DNA from: Takakia lepidozioides
Lineage: Eukaryota; Plantae; Bryophyta
NCBI GenBank assembly: GCA_030704615.1
Contig: CM060732.1
Location: 22,010,001 to 22,074,000, forward strand
Reading direction: 5' to 3'
DNA length: 64,000 bases
Part shown: positions 35,901-49,458 of the stretch, in pieces
How the letters are laid out: each line of letters opens with the position of its first letter
Position numbering within the stretch: position 1 is the first letter of the stretch
Notes under the pieces: model-generated
Told to the model about the DNA's origin: nothing
Seen by the model: the letters and a program-made list of their open reading frames with translations, nothing else
Database searches by the model: none
Made by a program: the position numbers and the translations under genes

Positions 35901-38900
35901 GAGGTCATCCAAGATGTCCTCCCCCATGTCACAGACTGGAAACAAGTTCAGGGAAGTTTTCTGCCTAACTTCATTTTCATCAGACAATCTCATGGCAACA
36001 GACATGGCTGAGGACACTACAGCCTCTAAGTCAGATTTATCCAGCAGGGTCAAGACTTGCGGATCCAGGTCCAGGTCCTTGAGGATCTCTTCTACCCTCT
36101 TCTGCCAGGACTTAGCCTGTTTGACAGGGCGGTCCTGTTTCCAAGATATAGAGTCGATTAATTTAGGATATCTGGTGTTGGGCATATGTTGCAGCTGACC
36201 CCACCATCTGACCTTGAATTCATCTCGTCGGGAGCTTAAGGACGGAATGCCAAACTCACCCCGAACAGCCACATCGGCTGTTTTGGAGCATGCTGACATA
36301 CACTCCTTAAGCACCCCCACTTGAATGGATTCTAGAGACTTAGCCTGGTTGGAGTTATCAACCCATATAGCAGATCCGTACTCCAAGGCAGGGCTAATAA
36401 CGCGACAAAGCATGGTTTTCTTAACCTCAGAGTTGACCCCTCTGCAGTGGAAAAATTTAGTGAGCCCCAGAGCTTTGCCCTTGCCAGTTTGAACAACTTT
36501 CCGGATATGTGCATCCCAATTACAATTGGAGGAGAACTCAACGCCCAGGTAAGTGTAGGAAGGGAGGACCGGGATCTCTTGGCTACCCCACTGCCACTTA
36601 AGATCACTTCCTCCCTCTCCTCTGTCGTTGAATGCTACCACTGCACATTTGCTGACATTAGCCTCTAGCCCCCAAAGATCAAAGTATCTCTTCGCGCAAT
36701 CAATCAACTCCTGGAGATTGGTTGGAGTCTCCCCTATGCCTGCGAAGTCATCCGCAAACATAAGGGCTGGTATGGTGGTATCACCCACCCTTAACCCAAA
36801 TCCCTCACTTTCCACATCCTCGAGGAGTTGATTGATGAAAACATTGAAGAGCAGAGGGGAGAGAGTACATCCTTGAGCTACACCTTGGTCTATGTCAAAG
36901 AAGTTGGACTTCTGTCCGTTAACAGTGACACAGCTTTTGGTGTGAGCATACAAGTTGTGGACAACTCTCCACATCTTTCCCTTGATCCCACAAGACCAGA
37001 GGCGGAACCATAGGCCATCCCTCCACACTGTGTCATAAGCCTTTTTGACATCCAGGAAAAAGACATAAGTGGGTTTCCCTTCTTTTCTCCTTCCCTGGAT
37101 AATCTGGCTTAGAGTGAAGATATGATCCACACAGCCCCTGTTTCGCCGAAAGCCAGCTTGGCCTTCGTGGAAACAACCTCTGGACTCCAGATCAACCTCG
37201 AGACGAGTACTTATAACTCTGCAGAATGTCTTGCCAACAGCATTGAGGAGCGTGATGCCACGGTAGTTCCCCGGTTCTTCTCTGTCACCCTTCTTGTATA
37301 GATTGACAATGACCCCCTGTCGCCAGCGAAAGGGGATCATTTCAGTCTTCCAGATAAGGTTAAAGAGGAGAACTAGGGCCTCTATCATGGGATCGCCACC
37401 GTGCTTGATAAGCTCGTTGACAATACCATCAGGTCCACCAGCTTTATATCCATTTAAATGTTCAATTGCTTCCACAATCTCAGAAGAACTAATGGGAGCA
37501 TTATAAGCCATTGAAATATACTCCAGTTCATCAGGGCTGTTTTGAATCATAGGAACAGTTTTTCCAACTGTGTCCCTCCATTCAGCAGAAGACCCCTCAC
37601 TGTTAGACCTAGAAGTTCTGCCAAGGATACTGTAGTGAGTTTCAAAGGTTTTGACAATGTCAACCGATGAAGTCACCACTGCACCTGTAGTAGTCTTCAG
37701 CGCTTGTACTTGCTGACCGTTTTTCGGTTTGTACAAACGTTGAAGGGCCAACCAGAATTTCTTGTCATTACCACCATGGTGGTTTGAGTTTATTTCACTG
37801 TATAACTTGTCCCAGTATAATTTCTTCTGATATCTTTACGGAGCTGGTAGTACCTCGCCCACAATTCTCTGTTGGTTTCCAAATTGCAGCACTCTTTATA
37901 GAGGGCTCGTCTCTCAGCTATCTTGAGTTTAATCTCATTAGTCCACCAATTAACTGCTCTACCGCAGACAATTAGTTTCCTCCCAATGATCTTGTCAGCC
38001 ACGGAGGAAACGAAACTCTCCCAAGAGTCCACTGCTCTTTCGACTTCATTTCTTGCGTTAACAGAGCGTGACTGAAGTTCTTGGAGCGATTGGACAAAAT
38101 GAGGGAGAGCCTCTTGCAAGGCCTGGACGTAATCAGCCTTGACCTCCTCATTGTGGAATTTTTCTATGCGCCACTTCCGAATCTCTGTCTGTGAGAGAGA
38201 TGAGAGAGATGTCATATTGCCCCAGCATGAAGAAGAAACAAGGAAAGGTACCTACGGAGGGACTGACAGGTTCCAAAACCATTTATCTACTGCCTGTCAA
38301 ACAATTTGTCATTGTGTATCCATTCGACTGCCACAACCATGACCAGATGAAACTTGGTTCATGAAGCTTACCATCACTCGGTCGAGAGTAGCCGCCACCC
38401 ATGGTGATAACCAGTGGTATACTATGCCCAAGGCAAGCGCTGTAGACCATGTTATTGCGGCGCAGTAAACCCTGTCTGGAATGTAAGAACAGACTGGTCA
38501 GGGTGGGTAGGCCATGTCAGACTTTGGTTTGGTCTAGTGTACGCCGCAAAAAGAATACCCCTTCATTTCTACCATTATGCCACCAACCATTAACAGTACA
38601 TGCACACACCATGCCTAGAAGGGACCAACCTCAACCCCACAAACCCTTGATCCCTGTGCTGGATGAAAACGGCCATACCAATTACCCTACACCCTGCATC
38701 ACCCTTTGGCTTGCTCTCATGCCCCAGATCAAACCAGTAGCCAGTTTGAATGAAGCAGGATGGGTAGATGAAGACCGCTGGAAGGATAAAGCACACAGAG
38801 GAAGGGTTGCCACTATCAGCCCTGAAGGTACCCTCCAGTATATGCACTGAAAGCTTGTGAAGTATCCAGGTCTTCAGGATGTTACCCAAAAAGAATTTCA

Positions 38901-41900
38901 CCATGTATGTGTCAGAACGGAAGATGAAAGAGATAGAAGATCATGTTTGAAATCTACCTGGTCAGAGCAAGCCTGCCAAAACTGTCTTCTTGAAGTGCAT
39001 CAACACCGGCCTATATCATCCGGGACGACACCCGGGACAAACAATTATCCTATGTCAGACAGCATTCGGTAGACCAAAACCCCCTGAAGTGGAATGTAGA
39101 ATCTAGAGGCTTGTTCCAACAACCTTCCTGACTTGCACACTTGCACACTTGCAGACATCTTTTCATTGCACATTATTACTTAGTTGTGTTTTAAGTTCCA
39201 TCCATTCGGACAACGAATTTAGAATGGACAAAATGAAAACCGTTATCCAGTTAGTGATCACGGACCTCAGAGTCCAGGTTTAAAAGTTGCATTGGAGCAC
39301 GGTGGAAAGAAGACCACCTGAAAGAAAACCAAGCTTGGTCTGTGCCTGTCGAAAAGGCGCGGTAGCCATTCACCAAGAATGGATAAGTATTCGTTGTCCC
39401 CAGTATTGTCTGGTAAATCAATGTCATAGTTCGACTCCATCTTGCTGCGCCAGGGGTAATTCTTTGCCCCATGCATGCTGAAGGTTATCACACAGTCATC
39501 ATTCTCAAATATCTTGGCTGTCCCATTTCCCTGTCAACAAACACCAGACAACATGTGTTAAACATGCGTTTCTGTGGTTCCTGGAACAACCTCCCAAAAG
39601 AGTCTTGAATCAGAAGAACAGCTAGTATGACCAACAAACATAAGTTCACAGCCAGGCAGATATTCTAGCACTTGTGTCTGGAATTAGAAGGGTTCAGTTT
39701 CTACCTCCTGACAAATCACATCAGTAACCCCCACTCCAGACGCTCAACTTCATCATCCTCATCTCCATTTCACTATCTGAACAGTATAAGTCACCCTCCC
39801 GTACAGTATCTATGATCGAAGTGCACAATTACAAGTTTATCTGAACTAGCTTGGGCTAGGAGTCAGTTTGTTCTGTCTTTCATGGGCAAGCTGGTGAACA
39901 GGAGGAAGGAAGTACACTAAATTAATTCAGGCCCCAAAATTTGATCCTTGTCTCCAAAACCACTTACTTACTCGGTCCAGGATATGTCTGCAGCCTCAAC
40001 ACATGGGCTCACCTGGTGGACATCAAGGTCAATGACAAGGATGGGTGACTGAAGATAGCAGTGCTCTGGATACTCCCGCATGGACACTACTGAAGCTACA
40101 GCAATGTCATTGAATACACCTGCAGTCACAGCCACAAATTTAGAACATTTTTTCCCATAACATAGCTTATCAGGCAAACACATTGACTTAGAGAACTAGT
40201 CAAACAAGTACTACTAGGTAGCTTGACGTTGATTCACGAGATCTTGATGAACCATTGCTGGAACACTATGCCCAACAAATCCTTTTGTCAACAGCACAAT
40301 TCCAGAATGCATCTCCCCTTGTTGCCGACCAATGTGAATAGGTCTGAGTATGACATTAATATATTTGATAGTTTTGGCTTTTCTGCTTCAAACAGATGAG
40401 CAGACAGCAATGAAAGGGGAGATGAAGGGAGGAGACATACATACAAAATCCCTCGCCATGACCTGTGAAAGCATGGTGAGTGCCACCAGCTATGTTTGCG
40501 GCTGCCCTCCGCAGCCCCTGCATCACTGCATGCATTGCAGCCACTGTCCCCCTACACCCACAAAGTGTATTCATCTGTTCTTACTGCGATCGCGCACAAG
40601 AAACTCCTAGGCAAAAGCGTCAAGAAAGATACAACATGCTTGGAGGACAAGTAGATATTGACTGTTCTGTCTGAACATTGGCTAGGACAGAACTCAAGGG
40701 TGCTGAACTCAGGTATTCTATCAGGCTTATCCAGCTGTTAAGAATATGTCTGTAATGGATCCTGCCAAACAATGAGTTGTGGAGTTACTCGTAACAAACC
40801 CACTCCCCAGGAGAGAGACATTACCCTGTTGATGCCTGAGAGCGGCACACAAGTTCTGGACTCCAAGGCAAGCCTACAGCACGCTGTTCTCTTTCATCTA
40901 GGTCTCCGGTGATAATCCTCTGGACATACCTGTCAAACAACACAATTCGTCCAGGTAAGTAATTACAAGTCCAACCGTGACTTTCTCCAATATGTTTCAA
41001 TATCTGCTGCCAGACAGACTATTCCACAGCTATGCAGGACTATAAGGTACTATTCGACTTATTCGACTTCTGGCCTCTTGAATGCCTATACTGCATTATA
41101 CTGAAGCACTTTCTTCAACGTTTTAATTACCATTGAGAATGGATGCATGAGAGGTTGGAAAAAAGCATGTCTTCAGAACTGAGACAATAGGAAACACCCA
41201 CACAGGGGAGTAGGGATTGAGGGGGAGCACAGACCCATAAAAACTGACAACCTATTTGTCACGACAAAATAGTAACAAAATTTTACAAGCATCTGGTACC
41301 TGATCAATATTCAGGGTGTCATGACCGACCATACAGCAACCAAAGGTCTCTAAAACCATCATCCGATGGATGCCTAATTATTTCAGTTGTCTGTTTGACA
41401 GTCCACAACATATAAATTCATGAAGTACCTTTTGTCATGCACCAAGCACAGCTCCTCTTCAGATGCCATGGGAGCAGCATGTGTTTGGAGAATGTCATGG
41501 AGTGCTATGTCTCCCTCTAACAACATCCGCGTCGTCCGATATCTGCCCGCCATTGAAACTACTTCCACATCAGAATAATCTATCGAGTCAGAATGAGAGA
41601 AATTAAAACTGGGAGTGATAGCATATAAATGCTGCTCCAGATACACTCCCTGCAAGTTCCTTGTATTTGAGTTGGAAGGATATTCCTGCCACAGCTGGAT
41701 ATTCCTGTGTGGTGTTGTTACTTTAAAGGCTCCACAGATTGGGTTCCTCTTAATAGCTAGGTCTTTCTGCTGGACCAAGCGCATGGTTTTGAGCATATGA
41801 TATCAAGGGTATTGTTCATCTTTGGAATCAGTATAGTGAGTAGTCTTCTGTGCATACTCTGCTTATCACTAGCCTGGTAAAGATTGTGCTTCTCTCACTC

Positions 41901-42580
41901 TGACAAGCTGGAGCCCTGAGCTATGCCACTCAGCCTTCGTTCCTGGATTTTGAATAAAGAAGAATGCTTCAGGACTGTGCATTCTGAAGGAAAATTTGAT
42001 GGCATGAGGATAAAATCACTTTTGATCACTAAATGCTCGGTATGTAAATCAGCATAAAAATGAAGTCTGGGATGAGGGGTGAAGCCATACACAGGGAAGT
42101 CTTACTTGTCCATGGGAAAGCGGTGGCCATTAGGGAGAGGCACTACATAGTGATCAGCATAGAACGCTAGTAAGCCTACTCCTTCACCCGCTTCTAGAGC
42201 TGCCCCCTTTGTTGTACGCCCTACAACTTGGTGCTCTCTTTCTGTTGTGAAATGACTGGTGGCATCTGTCTTGGTGCTCCTGACTGTCCATCCCCGTGCA
42301 CCTGCAATAACTCCCAAACGAAACGTGCATATTTACGAGCTGTTGATTACGAAAGGAAATCAGAAAGACAAAACTTCTTATTGCGATATAGGCGTTCGTC
42401 GCAGGGGTAACATTGGAATTTTGTCCAATCCTGGTAGCTCTCCCTCCGTCGTGCTTGCAAAACCAGCGCGTAGTATAACTGTCATCATCTCACTCCTCTC
42501 TAACTATACAACCCTCAGCCCCCACCCACCAACAACTACCCGAAAGACAAACGCAAGTTTCCTATTGTTCTTTTCATGAC
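32963..42580 (-). CDS. Histone deacetylase-family protein, class IV/bacterial-type; first exon uncertain
   Basis: Phase-consistent exons 42106-42301, 41429-41542, 40825-40929, 40445-40551, 40013-40119, 39318-39530, 38958-39010, 38372-38475 and 32963-33051. Motifs PLPNGHRFPMDKY, AGGTHHA, GFCVFND, IDLDVHQGNGT, QAGVD, GGGY. Confidence 0.88.
33236..34820 (-). mobile_element. 5'-truncated RTEX-like LINE in the last HDAC intron
   Basis: GVKQGCPLSPTLF, LLYADD, FRVGSHNLRIETGRW..CPAC..ETEEHFFFYCP; (CATTT)n tail at 33237-33263. Confidence 0.88.
35409..38185 (-). mobile_element. 5'-truncated RTEX-like LINE with 13-bp TSD in the last HDAC intron
   Basis: 778-aa RT ORF (NYRGITLL, GVAQGCTLSPLLF, MFADD, CPLC..HFLIHC) with a frameshift near 37820. 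TGTCTGTGAGAGA is duplicated at 35396-35408 and 38186-38198. Confidence 0.92.
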
Positions 42581-44217
42581 AGCAGCCACAACGCACAGCA
42601 AACAGCTCCTCTCACCGCTCGATTTGCCAAAATGCGATCCAAGTCGACGCAATGGGATCGCCACATTCGTCGCTGACAGCTTCATTACTCCCAATTGATG
42701 CAAGGAAATCCCAACAGGGGAAGAAAAAGGAAAGAGTGCACCTCCAGGACCAAGGCAGTAGGGGAAGACAGGGATGTGGGCGCAAGACAGCGGCATATAC
42801 AACGGCTGTGACAGGATGCACTTCACATAATCCATGTGATCAACAATTTGCATTATCCTTCATTGCAACGAAAACTTTCACTACTGCAAGATTCTGCAGC
42901 AATCATCTCAAATATATGCAATGACCCACGAACTAATCAACCCACTTTACGACAGGATCATGTTACATAGCAGCCCATGGGGTCAACAGTTTGCATTCCT
43001 AAACCATAATTCGAGGCTCAGACCACCCAGACTCCTCGTCTCTCCGTTGCCTCCGACCCCACATGCCAAACCAGTTCCTGTAGACTGCTCAGATGTCAGA
43101 GCGCACCGCTGCAGCAGCTTTGCTGAGCACTGTTGAGGCTGCCGTCCCAGTTTCACTACAGGTCAAATCTCAAAACTTCACTAATACTCTCGTTCTTTCG
43201 ATCTTACCGAAACACTTTCACATTCCGAAATGAAAGCAGATGTGTATGGGCTGAGAGAAAGGAGTACGACGGGTAGGTATTCAGCATGAGAGGAGGATTT
43301 GAGGTGAAGGTTGAAGCATGCGGAAGTATGAAGACTCCAGAACTCGATGGCAGGATCAACAACACAACCAACCAAACAACAACTGCGTCCCTTTCCTTCT
43401 GAACTGTACCCTCTACTAAGTACCCATCAACTCTTTTGGAGTTGTCTTACAGAATCTTGCATGTGCCAAACTCAGCCTGTCTTTGTGATTTCTTCACCCT
43501 TACTTTATTCTCTGACTGAAACTTCCAAGCTCATTTGTTTCTTGCTTACTTTGTTGAGCTCAGTGTCTGCACACTAGGTAGCCTATTGCAAACCCACAAA
43601 TGTTATCCACAAGATCCCCACTCTTCATCAACTCTCCAAGTTCGCCTACTGCTCAAGTGTTCTTTCCATCTTTAGTGGCAAGATGAATTTGGAAAAAAAT
43701 TGAACCTCTTCCTGCTCAGGCTACTGACAGTGCAATATGCTAGACAGGTTCCACATGTCTACAATATCAGTTTACTAACTAGGTGAACCCTTATGTAAAG
43801 TACTCATTCGCAAATACAAACAACTGCAATAAGAAGACCCCTCTCATTGCAAAGTAGAATGGAAAGACCCGTCAGGTATCAGGACGTCAGTCTAATGGCT
43901 CACCAGAAGGTCATCTGTGCAAGGGAAATCCAAATAAAATATTTTCTTCAGATGTGGACATACAAGTGACTGCCAACAAACCATTGCCTACTGATTACAG
44001 CCGAGGAGACCCTGTTTCTTCCATAATAGATAGGAAGGGATGATCAGTTCACTGGGATAAGTAGAGAAGGACTGCCAAAATTTAAATTTCACCAGTGGGC
44101 TCAATGACCCCTTAGAATACAACAGGGAGGAAACTCCATCCAAAGCGATTCTCGCACTCTATACATCCGCTCAACGCAGAGACTTACCAGAGCACCTCTT
44201 TGTACACCTGATATTTT

Positions 44218-46216
44218 CTATTCTGACAATCCAACACTTTCCACATACTCTGATATAACTTTGGCAGCAAGCTGTCCGGTACTGAAACCTTGGCTGTCGG
44301 CCACTCTGCTCAAGCCCTCATGAACCTTAGGATCCAAAAATATACCAAATGCCCCCTTCGCTTTTCGAGGACCTTTGTAGGACTCGATGTAGTTGTTCAA
44401 AACAGTGAAACCCTGTTTACAGCCAGAAACTTCATCAGAAACTCCTCAATAAAGAGTTGTTTTCCACCTTCCAGCAAATCAAAAGAATAGAAGCCATACA
44501 TGGATGGCATTGTGATTGAAGGCTCTCTACATCTTAGAACCAAACAGAAGTAGACCCTGGAAAATGGTCCTTTAAAACCAAGGCAAACTTCATCACTTAC
44601 ATAACATTAGAATCACCAAAACCACAACAAACTTACTCATAAAATGCATAACACAACTGATTGACAACCAAAATCATTGCCTCTTCCTAGTTTTAAAGCC
44701 CAACGAACTTACATTTGACACCAAAAGGTATACCTGTGTCCCAAAGAGAGAAACAGTAAAGCGAGAGATTGTAAATATTCTTCTCAGGGCCACTAGCAAC
44801 TTCAAGGCAGTTTGTGATTCACAACTACTGCATACAGGACAGGCCCCACCTGCAGACAGCATATCTGGCACACCAGTAGCCAGATTCTAACTAGCTAGAA
44901 GTCAATCCTTCTGACTCCATAGGAACAGGCGCCCCTCACGAACTCCATGTCTATGTGAGTGAGGATATTTACTTTTGTAAGGAGGGTTGCTTACCACTCT
45001 ATTGGAAAAGTCTCCAAAAGCCTCCCCAGCTTGACGCTGTGTCCGCCAAAGGTAGAAAAGAGGCTCCAGCACTTTCTCCAGATCTTGCACCTTCACTCTC
45101 TCCATGAAAGTTGAAGCTAATCTCGTCTGGTTTGGGGCTCCCCCAAGCCATATCTACACACAGGACCCAAACAATTGCCCCATCAACCACCTCTCTCCTG
45201 CACTTTAACACACCCCACAAAACAAAGAAACACATGCTCACATCCAGGACACGTCAACTCGCAAGGATAAGTGTCAGGTCCTGCAGATGCTGTATGATGA
45301 TGCTGGACATCATACAGCAATTTAACTAGAGAATATATTAGGAAACATTACCTGATAGCTGTTGGGTCCATCACCCACCAGTCCAAGCTCCGCCATGTAT
45401 GGCCGGGAACAGCCGTTGGGACATCCAGTCACCCGCACTACCAATGAGTCTGTAGCTTTCAAGCCTACCTGATCATCCACGTGGATTGCAGTATGTGACA
45501 GGGCAAGACAGAGAGAATCTCCATCACCGAAGCAAAAGACATCACATCAAGCAAGTCCCAAAGGAACAAATGCAATTCCCAAATGCAATTCCCAAGTACT
45601 GTCTCTGCACCAAGGTTGATAGTGGTACTCACGTGCTGCTAGTTCTGTGAAGCTACATTACAACTGACAGACAACCTGAGGATCAAATCTGAGACATAGT
45701 ATCCAGTTCTTGGCCAACCCAACAAAGCATTTGGTAAAAGCAGTGGTAGTCCCTTTTTGTAGCCGCTTCCCTTGCCGAGTATTTGATGACTGTCTACCTG
45801 ACGGGAGTTTTAAGCAAAAAAGATAATTTTCTTCAATGAAAAGCACAGTAACAAGCAGAGCATTCCAACGCTGCCATCAGGTTCAGAAACGCTTCCACCT
45901 GAGCTCAGCCAGAGAGAACCACATGACACACCTTTTCAAAAAGTGTCCGAATCCTTTGAAGAATTTTTGGTGCCCCCCGTTCAGCTTCAGTAATGGCAAG
46001 TGGGCATAAAGGCAGTGCTGGGCATGCCATTGCTGTGAGGTTCAGTGGATCAATGAACCGAGGGGACTGGAGGCAGACAAAATATTGTCAGATACCAAAT
46101 AAACAGTGATCTCCTACTCCACCTTCATACTCATGTTCAGAAAGTGCAGCAATTTCGTGTCTTCTCCTGCAAGTGTTGGTTTCAACAAACTGAGACAAGA
46201 AACCACTATATTCCCT

Positions 46217-46262
<46 letters not shown>

Positions 46263-49200
46263 GCAAAATATCAAGGTAAGTCACAAGTCATACTACTGGA
46301 GTGCGCCCCTCACAAAGGTAGTGCCTACTCCCTATGTTTCCGTCCAAACTGGGCGCTGGGTCTATGGCCACAAGGCTACAGCAAACAACATTCTCACTGC
46401 AGCAAACTAGGAACAGGGTCTATGGCCGCAAGGCTACGACAAACAATGTCGCATGAGTACATTCTCACAGCAGTACCTCTGTTCACCAATTTCAAAGTCT
46501 TGAGGCTGAGCCTAGAGCACTGGCCTGGCCCTGTTGGGGTCAACTGCTGGGCAGATCACACACAACAGACTGATGCTTGTGTGGCTATCTAGAGGAAATC
46601 TGGAAAGCCCGAACAAATTGTTTATATCAAGGTAAGTCCCACTAGTGGAGTGAGCCCCTCCCAAAGGTAGTGTCCGTTCCCTCTTCTTCTGCCCAAACTG
46701 GGTGCAGGGTCATGGCCGCAAGGCTAAGGCAAACAACATCTTCTGAGTACATTCTCTCTCTCAGACACACGCATGTTGAATAAAATAGAAAAAAGACACC
46801 TGCCTTACCAGAACTCCCACAGGAGCAAGGGCCTTGGTGATGCGGGACCGCCATGATGGTCGGATATCACACAAAATGAGGTTTTGATTGGGTGTTATCC
46901 GCACATTCAGTTCGAATTTTTCTATGACCTGCCTTAAAGCTGCCTTCATCTCACCCTTTATCCGCCCATTCTCAACATGAATGCCGAAAAACAGCCGTCC
47001 ATCTCCCTGCAACCATGACAAAACTCATTCATTCAAATAAGGGACCAAGATCACACATATTAAGCAGTGCAGTTGCACCCATCTTGCTCTTTAACGTGAA
47101 ATAAATGATGAACTTTCGAGCTTTAGTGTTATAAGCTGGTCTCTTTCTTTGCTAATTAATACCCCTAAACTAGTTGCCTTTGCTTTACGTAAAAGCCTGC
47201 ACAGACATTCGCAATTGGGGGAAATCTTTGCGGTTCACCTTTCTCACTCAGTATGATTATGCAAATTTACTTGAAAGTTCAGTATAGTAAGGCTCAAATC
47301 ACACTTTCGAGCCAGTGTCGTGTTGAAAACTAAACAAAATGATACCTGTTCATGCCAACCCAGGTAGCTCTGGAACTCCCAAGGGGGGAGCTCCTTGAAG
47401 GGCTCAAATGGTTTTCCATAATATTGCTCCACCACTGACCGGAACTTCTCAATGCCCCAGTCGTCAAGCAGGTACTTCATTCGAGACAAACGGCGGTCAT
47501 CTCGGCGACCATAGTCACGCTGTGTAGCGACTATTGCCTTCACAGCATATAGTATATCATCTTTATGAACAAAGCCAAGAGGTTCAGCCAATCGAGGAAA
47601 AGTGTGTTCCATCCGATGCGTCCTCCCCATCCCTCCTCCAACCTGCCCATGCACCAAACAATCCTCTCAAACAGTCCATCTCATGAGAAGGCCCCACCTC
47701 CCTGCCACGTATTATAATTGCCTCAGCAGAGAATGATCTCACTCTCTTCACCCTTCCTCCCTGTCTCTCTCTCTGCCCCGTGCCCTTCTCCCCCTATATG
47801 TGACAGGCAGTGCAGCCACAGTTACATGTGTCACAACTGGGAAAGGGAGAGGGATACAGTCGCTGTGCTGACATCAGCATCATGCTATGTGGCCTTACAA
47901 TCCAGGCACGAGCAATGCAGCACCAATTTAAAATATGCTATTTGCAAGCACCGCAGCCATCTCAGGTCAAGTTTCCATATTCAGCCAGGTTGCAACCCCA
48001 CAAACGACTCGAGGAGAGCGTACACTGTGGGAACAATGCCCTCCAGGTTGAGTCGTAGCCAACCTATACAGGGGGCACCTGTTATATTAGGGGCACACAA
48101 CCACTTACCCCCCTACACAAGAAGAGGCATTTCAAGACATTCTAGGACATACTATGCTCCCAATGCAAGCACTTACATATATGTCATAGCCTTGAAGCTC
48201 CCCGGCCTTGTCAGAAATTGTGACAATTCCCACATCGTTGGTCAAAACATCAACTGAGTTATCTGTTGGAACAGTGACTGCAATCTTAAACTTGCGTGGC
48301 AAAAATTGCAAACCGTAGATAGGCTCTGGAGACCCTTCAAAAATGGTACCATGTGAATTGTCGTTGCGGGCTTCTACCACATCTGGAGGTTCAGCAGACA
48401 TTATTTTCTCACCATCAACCCATAAATCATAGTAAGCTCCAGCCTGGGGAGCCAAAAGTGCTGCTAATTTTTCAGCCGTCTCCTGAGCATGTAGATAATC
48501 ACTCCTTGAACTATAAGGTGCAGCTGGAGCAAGGACATTCCGGTTCAGATCACCGCAAGCACCAAGGGTGGAACCCATATTTCGAATGATAGTGCCAATC
48601 ACTGTCTTCAAATTATGCTTCAAAACCCCATGGAGCTGAAATGTCTGGCGGGTGGTCAGTCGCAAAGTCCCTATTCCAAACTGATCAGCAAGCTCGTCCA
48701 TCACCAAATACAACCGGTTTGACACTTTGCCCGAGGGATTCTTAGTCCGCAACATGAATTGATAGGACTTGTTCCCAGGGCCCCGAATTTCACGGTTATC
48801 CTGCTGATAGCTGCCATGGAACTTAATCAGCTGGACGGCATCCTCGTTGACGTTGGGCGCCTCTGTCTCTAACTGATCCTTCAGAGGAAAGCGTAAATAA
48901 TCACTGTGCTCTTTTATTATCTCCACTTTGCTCCGCTTGGCCGGCATGGTCGTTGGGGGTTTTACTGGCTGTACAAGGAAATAAGCCCAAAAACATGGTT
49001 AAGAAGATCCACCATGAAGGAGAGGAGTAGGGTTTAGTGACAGGGGAAGAATATGGAAGCCTCAAGACTGAAACTTCAGATTTTGGAAGCGGGGATGAGA
49101 AAAGAGAGACACTCACCAGCAGCTATGGGAACAGATAATGAAGAGAACAAGCACCGCCTCATCAAAAACCCACTATTGGCAAGGGAAGCCAGGTCATATC

Positions 49201-49458
49201 TTGCTAACACTTAAAGGCTATGGAAAACCATACCGCAGCCACAGCTCGAATGCTCAAATTGCCAGGGAGAGCAGGACAACCCGATTCCTGAAATTGACGG
49301 GCCATGTGCTGCAGAGCCTTGCCGACCTTCAAGCCTTCGAAAGTTCGAAAAGGAGCTGGGCCAGCGCTCATAGCCGTGGCAGAACGAGGCGTAAGGCACT
49401 GGTCCGGCGCAACCGCCATCACTCCCGCTGCCCCTAGCAGCCCTAATGTCTGTGCCAT
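44218..49458 (-). CDS. SIR: Ferredoxin-dependent sulfite reductase, plastid precursor
   Basis: Exons 49234-49458, 48177-48968, 47346-47642, 46809-47006, 45932-46066, 45352-45468, 44995-45153 and 44218-44412. Motifs [54 protein letters not shown]; transit-peptide-like exon 1. Confidence 0.96.
46268..46770 (+). mobile_element. Two tandem 3'-end fragments of the 35409-38185 LINE family in SIR intron 4
   Basis: CAAACTGGG..ATGGCC.CAAGGCTA..GCAAACAA..TGAGTACA matches the LINE 3' end; lies next to (CT)n(CA)n at 46214-46262. Confidence 0.85.
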
